In this document: one piece after another, positions 57,850-64,000 of the stretch
How positions within the stretch are numbered: the stretch's first letter is position 1
Layout: every line of letters starts with the position of its first letter
Source: Patescibacteria group bacterium
GTDB taxonomy: Bacteria > Patescibacteriota > Patescibacteriia > JACRDY01
Reading direction: 5' to 3'
Assembly (NCBI GenBank): GCA_041653535.1
Contig: JBAZFH010000005.1
Location: forward strand, 12,012-76,011
Length of the DNA stretch: 64,000 nucleotides
Notes under the pieces: generated by a model
Databases searched by the model: none
What the model was told of the DNA's origin: nothing
Seen by the model: the letters and a program-made list of their open reading frames with translations, nothing else
Translations under genes and position numbers: made by a program

Positions 57850-59688
57850 CTAAACTTCAATCAACACCGGCAATATCATCGGCCGACGGTTGGTGCGTTT
57901 CCAGAGAAATTCGCCAATCTCGTTACGAATTTTATTTTTGATATAGTCTTCAAAAGCTGGCGAGGTATGGTCTTTGTCTTTGAGCAAATTGCGCACCCGC
58001 TTGCGGGTTTCCTCGACTATATTTTTATTTTCTTTCATGTAGATAAAACCGCGGGAAATTAGGTCTGGATTTTGTACTAGCTCACCGGTTTTTTTGCGAA
58101 TAGTGACAATCACGACCAGCATACCGTCTTCGGCCATCATCCGGCGATCACGCAATACTATCTCGGAAACATCGCCTACACCGAGTCCGTCAACAAAAAC
58201 GTATTCGGCCGATATCTTTTCTGCGGTAACTTTGGCGGCATCTTTGGTCAGCTCAACCACCTGTCCATTATCAGCAATCAAAACATTACTTTCTTTTATC
58301 CCAGTTGAAACAGCCAATTCACCGTGAATCCGCAACATATAGTGATTGGCATAAATCGGCATATAGAATTTCGGCCGAATCAAACTAATTAACTCTTTGA
58401 GATCTTCTTGTTTGGCATGACCACCGGCGTGAATATCCATCATTTTATAGTGGATCACTTTGGCGCCATTACGATACAGAGTGTCCTTGAGATTCTGAAT
58501 AGTGCGCTCATTACCCGGGATCACCGAGGAAGAAAACACCACCACATCGCCTTTTTTGATATGAAGATATTTATGTTCATTGTTAGCCATACGCATTAGG
58601 ACGGCGTTGCGCTCGCCCTGGGCGCCAGTACAAATAATCATCAATTTGTTATCCGGAATGTTTTTGGCTTCCGCCCAGTCAACCATAGTATTTTTACCAA
58701 ACTTCATGTAGCCGAGACTATGAGAAACATCTAGATTGTCGTTTAAACTACGCCCTTCAACTAGAACTTTTCGCCCATGACGTTCCGCCAAACTGATAAG
58801 GAGTTGGACGCGGGAAAGGTTGGAAGCAAAAGTACCGACAATCATACGACCCTGGACGCTGCCGAAAACTTTTTCCATTTCTCGGTCGACATCACTTTCA
58901 GAAAGCTGATGACCGGGATGCTCGGCATTAGTGCTGTCAGCCATAAGTAGAGCCACGCGCTGATTACCGATAGAACGCAAACGATTTATATCTATTGGTT
59001 TTTCATTGACAGGATGTTTATCAAATTTGAAATCTCCGGTGTGGACGATGTTTCCCACCGGGGTTTTAATCACTATGCCATAACTATCCGGTATCGTATG
59101 GTTGACTCGAAAAAATTCTACCTGAAAAGCGCCGCCCAGTTTCAACCGGGAATTTTCATTAATCTGATAGATATTGAGTTTGGGAGCGTCGGCATATTCC
59201 TCCTGCCGTTTTTTGATAATCCCGGCCGTGAGCGGTGCGGTGTATATTACCGGATTGCCTATTTCTTTCATCAAATGAGGAATCCCGCCGATATGGTCAT
59301 AGTGCCCGTGGGTAATAATAACACCGCGGATGTTATTGATTTTGTTTTTTAAATAAGTAACATCAGGAATAATATAATCAATACCAGGCATATCTTCTTC
59401 AGGAAATTGCAGACCCATGTCAACGATAATTATGTCGCTGTCGTATTCAAATAAAATACAATTACGACCGACTTCTTCCAGGCCACCGAGAGCGATTATT
59501 CTCAGTTTGTTCACCGAATTTTTATGAGCGCCGACCAATGCTTTGGCCGCTAAATTATATTTTCCTTTAGTATCATTTTTTCCGGACTTGAAACCAGGCG
59601 CAGCTTCTTTATGCCAAAAACGTTTCTGTTTTGTGGCTCGGCCGTGTCTTCTACCGGGGTTTTTCGTACCTTCTTTTTTAGGAATCAT
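57850..59688 (-). CDS. rnj: ribonuclease J (beta-CASP metallo-beta-lactamase RNase)
   Basis: GVIITHGHYDHIGG (HxHxDH), the beta-CASP region and a C-terminal domain; length 612 aa. Confidence 0.9.
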   Translation of the reverse strand: MIPKKEGTKNPGRRHGRATKQKRFWHKEAAPGFKSGKNDTKGKYNLAAKALVGAHKNSVNKLRIIALGGLEEVGRNCILFEYDSDIIIVDMGLQFPEEDMPGIDYIIPDVTYLKNKINNIRGVIITHGHYDHIGGIPHLMKEIGNPVIYTAPLTAGIIKKRQEEYADAPKLNIYQINENSRLKLGGAFQVEFFRVNHTIPDSYGIVIKTPVGNIVHTGDFKFDKHPVNEKPIDINRLRSIGNQRVALLMADSTNAEHPGHQLSESDVDREMEKVFGSVQGRMIVGTFASNLSRVQLLISLAERHGRKVLVEGRSLNDNLDVSHSLGYMKFGKNTMVDWAEAKNIPDNKLMIICTGAQGERNAVLMRMANNEHKYLHIKKGDVVVFSSSVIPGNERTIQNLKDTLYRNGAKVIHYKMMDIHAGGHAKQEDLKELISLIRPKFYMPIYANHYMLRIHGELAVSTGIKESNVLIADNGQVVELTKDAAKVTAEKISAEYVFVDGLGVGDVSEIVLRDRRMMAEDGMLVVIVTIRKKTGELVQNPDLISRGFIYMKENKNIVEETRKRVRNLLKDKDHTSPAFEDYIKNKIRNEIGEFLWKRTNRRPMILPVLIEV

Positions 59689-59861
59689 AAATAAAAATTA
59701 TTAAGAGAGATTTTAATTATTAAATGAGGTTAAAGACAAAAAGTAGGAAGTAAAATTTTTGTTACTTTTAATTACTCTAGCAATCGTCCCACCACGGGGA
59801 GATGCTGGCAAATCTGGCACTTTTTACTTTTTATATTCAACTTGTCGTGATTAAAATATAA

Positions 59862-60101
59862 CTAAGAACCACAGTCGCATAACCCTAACTCCTCCATAGA
59901 CAGTTGATCGGCAAAGGTAATATTACCACTTTCATCATAATAGATTTTGTCGACACAACGTCTGTGAAGAGAACCGTTGCACTCAGTAGATTGTTCAGTT
60001 TTTGAGCCATCATCATGATTTTCCAAAACCTCGTTCTTAATTATTTGGTATCGTTCAGGCTTTTTTTCTCCTTCTATGCTTTTAGAAAATTTTTCTGCCA
60101 T
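59862..60101 (-). CDS. hypothetical small protein (79 aa)
   Basis: ORF only. Low confidence. Confidence 0.3.
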   Translation of the reverse strand: MAEKFSKSIEGEKKPERYQIIKNEVLENHDDGSKTEQSTECNGSLHRRCVDKIYYDESGNITFADQLSMEELGLCDCGS

Positions 60102-60189
60102 ATAATACTGCTTTATTTAATAATCTTATAACCGTATTAGTCAAAATCGAATCGTCGAGGAACTAAAGACATGACAACCTGTTTTTTAT

Positions 60190-60774
60190 CTATTTTAATA
60201 CAACTTTCAATAACTCAGGGAACTCTTCGGTCCCCATATTACTCATACAATAATGTCCGCGCCCTTCCAATTCGATGATTTTTCCGCCCAATGCTTGATG
60301 AATGATTTTCACGCTTTTCTTTCCATCTTCTTTTTCATTATCTGCGGTAAACAATACAATGTTTTTCACCCGCGACTTAATAGTTTCGTCAATTGGATAC
60401 TCATAAAAATCCACCCTAGATTTATCGTCTTTGTCAGCGATTACCCAGGGGGCTACCAGTATAAGTTTGGATATTTTCCTTTTGGTATCGCCAAGCCAAC
60501 GAATCAAAAAGGCCGTACCGCAGCTATGTCCAATAAGTACAGTGTTCTCTTTAACATTATGTTTTTCAAACTCTGCTTTGAATTTTTGGTAATCTGGCTC
60601 CCACGGTGTCGGCATAAGCGGCGTTTCGGTTCGTATCCCCCGTTTAATAAGCTCTTTTTTCAACCAAGGTATCCAATGCTTGTCATAAGTTCTGGTTTCC
60701 GGATTCATCGCCTTTTCTACATCCGTAGGACATCCGTGAATCATAATGACTTGCTTTGGCATATCCATACTCAA
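60190..60774 (-). CDS. alpha/beta-hydrolase fold serine hydrolase (RBBP9/YdeN-like)
   Basis: GHSCG nucleophile elbow (GxSxG) and a roughly 190-aa length typical of the YdeN/RBBP9 family. Confidence 0.6.
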   Translation of the reverse strand: MSMDMPKQVIMIHGCPTDVEKAMNPETRTYDKHWIPWLKKELIKRGIRTETPLMPTPWEPDYQKFKAEFEKHNVKENTVLIGHSCGTAFLIRWLGDTKRKISKLILVAPWVIADKDDKSRVDFYEYPIDETIKSRVKNIVLFTADNEKEDGKKSVKIIHQALGGKIIELEGRGHYCMSNMGTEEFPELLKVVLK

Positions 60775-60790
60775 TTCTTAAAAATTTATT

Positions 60791-60877
60791 TGGTGGGCGA
60801 GAGAGGAGTCGAACCTCCATGAGATTGCTCTCGCTGGCTCCTGAAGCCAGTGCGTCTACCAGTTCCGCCACTCGCCC
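60791..60877 (-). tRNA. tRNA-Leu (anticodon CAG), type II with long variable arm, CCA encoded
   Basis: Reverse complement folds as: acceptor GGGCGAG/CTCGCCC, anticodon loop TTCAGGA, 17-nt variable arm, T-arm GAGG-TTCGACT-CCTC, ACCA 3' end. Confidence 0.9.
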
Positions 60878-60883
60878 GAATGA

Positions 60884-62881
60884 TTAATTACCCAAACGTT
60901 TGGTATTAAAATAACGCAGCCCCATATCCGCCAAACGATCTTGCGGCATAGCTATTTTATCTACCACCAAGCCATAAACCTTATCACTTACTATGTAAGG
61001 ATATTTTGGCTGATAAAGAAAAATAGCAATTGTTTCATCTAAAAGTAACTGTTGAAGTTTTTTGTAGTTATCTTCTCGCACTGCCTGGTCGTTTGTTTGT
61101 CTGGCATCTTCCAAAAATTTGTCGATTCTTCTATCGGTTATCATAGACAAGCTTAACCCCGGATCGGTTTGTTGTGAAGAATGCCAAAATGGATAAGGAT
61201 CGGGGTCATAACCCGTTATTTCGCCATAAAGCAAAGTTTGATAATTTCTCGGCTTGATCACTTCACGACGAACGTTTTGAGCAGAAACTGTAATCAAATT
61301 TGTTTTCACTCCTATGCGTTGCCAATCTTCCTGTACTAGTTTTGCCACCGCAACGCTCTCCGGCTGATCGGCTACCGTCAAATTTATTTCCAAAATCCTT
61401 CCGTCTTTTTTTCTGAAATACTCTTGACCAGACAGTTCGGCTAAACGTTCTTCGTCGGTTTTTTGTAACTCTGGCGCGTCGGCGGGTAAACTCTTTTTCT
61501 CCTGTTCCTTAACTAAAGCGATATAATCATTGGGAGTAATACCAACCCATTTGTTTTGATCGAGCAAACTTGTCGCTTGAGCCGGCGCGTAATCAATCTT
61601 TATATCCGAATTATAACCAATCCAACCGGGTAAAATAGGCCCATTAACAATATCCGCTTCGCCTTCCAAAACCTGCCTGACAATCCTTTGCCGATCAATC
61701 GCTTTATACAAAGCCTGTCTTACATTTCTGTCTTTTAACAAATCGTTATTATCGGGGTTGAAAAAAATCGCCGTATATTGAGCGGCGGCTAACAATTTTT
61801 GCCTCCACCCTTTCGCCTCGTCTTGATCACCGAAAAATTTATCCCTGTTAGTTCGCGGCAAATAGCTGATTGCTGAAACGTTTTTATTCCGCAATGCTTG
61901 TTCTAAAGATAAAACATCGGGATAAAATTTAAAAACTACTTTGTCCATATACGGTCGACCGGCATAATAGCCATCAAACGCAGCCAAGGTAACAGATTTT
62001 ATATTCCCCTGCTTATCTTTTTTCAAAGATTCAAATTTCCAAGCGCCAGAACCAATAGGCTTAAGATTCAATTCAGCCAATTTGATATTAGCCGGATCAA
62101 TCTCCGCCCAATATTTCTCCGGTAAAATACCGAAAGTCAGAGTGCTCAAAAAAGGAGCAAAAGGTTCTTTGAGAATAAATTTAACAGTATAATCATCAAT
62201 TCTTTCGGCGGTAACTCCGGAAAATGTTTTAAATAAAGGCGATCCGGAATCAGGGTCTCTGATTAGATCAAATGTCATTAAAACATCATCAACCCCTAGT
62301 TCTTCCCCATCGTGCCATTTAATACCTTTTTTTAAAACAAAAACATATTCTTTTTGATCTTCAGATATCTGGTAACTCTCAACCAAATCCGATTCAATAC
62401 CGTTCTTACCATAACGCATCAAACTGGAATAGATCAAGGAAGAAACGTCGGAATCAACATCATTAGCCGGCGCCAAAATAGGATTCAAATATTTCGGATA
62501 ACCGAGCAACCCTTCCGAATATTCTCCGCCATAATCAGGTTTTACTTTCAAAGTAAAAAACCAAAAATTAACAAACAAAAACATAACAGCTAAAACCACA
62601 AAAAACAGAAGCGCCTTAACCGCCATCCTTTCTTTTTCTGAAAAAATACTTCCCACCCTCTTTAACTGCTTCCATGCCGGAAGTTTGCTGCGTTTTTTTC
62701 CCGTCAAAGACAAAACTAACTGTTTATCCATCTCACTCTTTGCCTCATGTTGCAACAAAGCTTCATTTTCTACATCTACATTTTTGTGCCGAAAAGATAC
62801 TAATTCAAATAGTCGGCTAAACACTTTTTTAACCTTAGATATTTTTTGATTGGAGAGTCCTGATTGTTTTTCTTCAGTCAC
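60884..62881 (-). CDS. ABC transporter substrate-binding protein, family 5 (Opp/Dpp-like), N-terminally membrane-anchored
   Basis: TM helix followed by SBP_bac_5-like motifs (YGGEYSEGLLGYP..LNPI, LKKGIKWHDG). Confidence 0.7.
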   Translation of the reverse strand: MTEEKQSGLSNQKISKVKKVFSRLFELVSFRHKNVDVENEALLQHEAKSEMDKQLVLSLTGKKRSKLPAWKQLKRVGSIFSEKERMAVKALLFFVVLAVMFLFVNFWFFTLKVKPDYGGEYSEGLLGYPKYLNPILAPANDVDSDVSSLIYSSLMRYGKNGIESDLVESYQISEDQKEYVFVLKKGIKWHDGEELGVDDVLMTFDLIRDPDSGSPLFKTFSGVTAERIDDYTVKFILKEPFAPFLSTLTFGILPEKYWAEIDPANIKLAELNLKPIGSGAWKFESLKKDKQGNIKSVTLAAFDGYYAGRPYMDKVVFKFYPDVLSLEQALRNKNVSAISYLPRTNRDKFFGDQDEAKGWRQKLLAAAQYTAIFFNPDNNDLLKDRNVRQALYKAIDRQRIVRQVLEGEADIVNGPILPGWIGYNSDIKIDYAPAQATSLLDQNKWVGITPNDYIALVKEQEKKSLPADAPELQKTDEERLAELSGQEYFRKKDGRILEINLTVADQPESVAVAKLVQEDWQRIGVKTNLITVSAQNVRREVIKPRNYQTLLYGEITGYDPDPYPFWHSSQQTDPGLSLSMITDRRIDKFLEDARQTNDQAVREDNYKKLQQLLLDETIAIFLYQPKYPYIVSDKVYGLVVDKIAMPQDRLADMGLRYFNTKRLGN

Positions 62882-62945
62882 AAAAAATAATCAAAATAAA
62901 ACCAGAAAACTTAGGTCTTAAAAAGACTAATAATTAAGAGAGGTT

Positions 62946-63167
62946 TTATATTAAAAATCGAAGTAATGATAAGGCTAAAAACAAAACTGCCAAAACAATC
63001 GTTGAGATAAAAAGAAATCTTTCCGCCCCACGCTTAGTTTTATACACGTTACCGTCACCGCCAAAAACAGCTCCCATGCCGGTGCCTCGACTTTGCATCA
63101 TAACCACTACTACCAATAAAGCGGAGATGACGACTTGAATGATTGAGAAAATAGTTCCTTTGTCCAT
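62946..63167 (-). CDS. secG: preprotein translocase subunit SecG
   Basis: Two TM helices flank QSRGTGMGAVFGGDG, matching the SecG signature. Confidence 0.75.
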   Translation of the reverse strand: MDKGTIFSIIQVVISALLVVVVMMQSRGTGMGAVFGGDGNVYKTKRGAERFLFISTIVLAVLFLALSLLRFLI

Positions 63168-63314
63168 AAGTTTAAAAGACTAGAATAAGTCTACTACACC
63201 AAAGGTTTTATGTCAACCGAAAATAGTTACTTTTGCCCTAAAATTCGCTAATTTTAAAGGATAAAAAGCTGCTGCAAAATACAACTAAAACAATAAATGT
63301 GCTATAATAATTTT

Positions 63315-64000
63315 ATGAACGGACAAACTCCAAATTATCCGACAAAAATTAAACGCTGGTATAAAAAATGGTGGGGGGTTGTAATATTAATAATTTTAGC
63401 CATTTTCTTGATATTTGGCTCGGCCATAACTTTTCAAGTGGCTCAAATTCTCTGGAAATTCAATAAGGGAGAAATAACCGTCGAAGAAATAATCGGTAAA
63501 AGTACCAACGATCTGGATGAAATCAGAAAAAAGGTTGAATCAACAGATGATCCTTTCTTGGGACCGAAAGACGCGCCTGTCACTATTGTCGAATTTGGCG
63601 ACTTTGCCTGTCCAATTACCAAACAAATGGTACCGGTATTGAAACAACTCCGCGAATTATATCCCCAACAAGTAAAAATTATCTACCGTGACTACCCGAT
63701 AGTCTCCCAAGACAGTATTACGGCCGCAAACGCGGCAGCTTGCGCCTATGAACAAGGTGCCCCGATTTTTTGGACTTTTCACGATCAGCTTTTTGCCGGT
63801 CAAGATAATCTGACCGAAGACAACATGGTGGCAATAGCAAAAAATATGGGAATTAACACCCAACGGTTTTATCAGTGCTTTACCGCCCGTACCCACCAAA
63901 AAGAAATAAAAGAAGATATGGATACCGGTCTAAATCTTAACTTAAAAGGAACTCCGGTATTTTTTATCAATGGCAATATGGTTACCGGTTTGCAGCCGAT
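63315..64000 (+). CDS. DsbA-like thioredoxin-fold protein, N-terminal TM anchor (3' partial; runs off window end)
   Basis: ORF open from ATG 63315 to the window end. FGDFACPITKQ active-site region (CPIT, i.e. CxxT rather than CxxC). GTPVFFINGN is typical of the DsbA family. Confidence 0.55.
   Translation, partial: MNGQTPNYPTKIKRWYKKWWGVVILIILAIFLIFGSAITFQVAQILWKFNKGEITVEEIIGKSTNDLDEIRKKVESTDDPFLGPKDAPVTIVEFGDFACPITKQMVPVLKQLRELYPQQVKIIYRDYPIVSQDSITAANAAACAYEQGAPIFWTFHDQLFAGQDNLTEDNMVAIAKNMGINTQRFYQCFTARTHQKEIKEDMDTGLNLNLKGTPVFFINGNMVTGLQP

Noticed and set aside
60253-60871. 189-aa plus-strand ORF and 62-aa minus ORF over the hydrolase gene and tRNA-Leu
   Set aside because: Antisense to a motif-bearing hydrolase (GHSCG) and overlapping a tRNA. 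No SD.

Overview
This 64 kb window appears to be from a low-GC, Patescibacteria/CPR-like bacterium. Evidence: about 38-40% GC background, strong AGGAGG Shine-Dalgarno sites, Rho-independent terminators after almost every gene, a FemAB-family protein, a DUF4012 protein, a GIY-YIG mini-ORF, a four-helix-bundle '23S IVS' protein and a giant 2405-aa protein.

Core housekeeping genes present:
- ftsH (partial), rpsA, pspA/IM30-like, gyrA, rpmF, nusB, rnc, ileS, ruvA, a U32 peptidase, trpS, rnj, secG.
- tRNA-Arg(UCG), tRNA-Lys(CUU) and tRNA-Leu(CAG).
- An RNase P RNA.

Notable content:
- A roughly 11.5 kb island (about 41.6-53.1 kb) is sharply GC-rich (about 60%, then about 48-50%). It encodes two vWA (MIDAS) proteins, a Hanks-type Ser/Thr kinase fused to an HxGH nucleotidyltransferase, an Udk/PRK-like P-loop kinase, a kinase-like protein with a degenerate catalytic loop, a PK/HpcH-like TIM-barrel protein and a PurA-like ligase. 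I interpret this as a horizontally acquired, TerY-P-like signalling system coupled to a nucleotide-derived-metabolite module. It is my top candidate for an undescribed system.
- rnpB carries a GIY-YIG ORF exactly within its P3 helix.
- ileS contains an in-frame histidine-phosphatase (RHG) domain insertion.
- A promoter-to-terminator intergenic transcript is built from 2.5 tandem roughly 180-bp modules, with covarying helices.
- A T-box leader upstream of trpS is followed by 3.6 copies of a 50-bp hairpin repeat before the start codon.
- The tRNA-Lys cluster has 32-nt T-loop insertions.
- A roughly 210-bp GC-rich structured element is present in two copies.
- (CTCCTGT)n heptamer arrays occur in inverted pairs.
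- An 18 kb minus-strand cell-envelope glycan locus runs WbaP, GT4, giant protein, GT4 x2, DUF4012, repeat protein.
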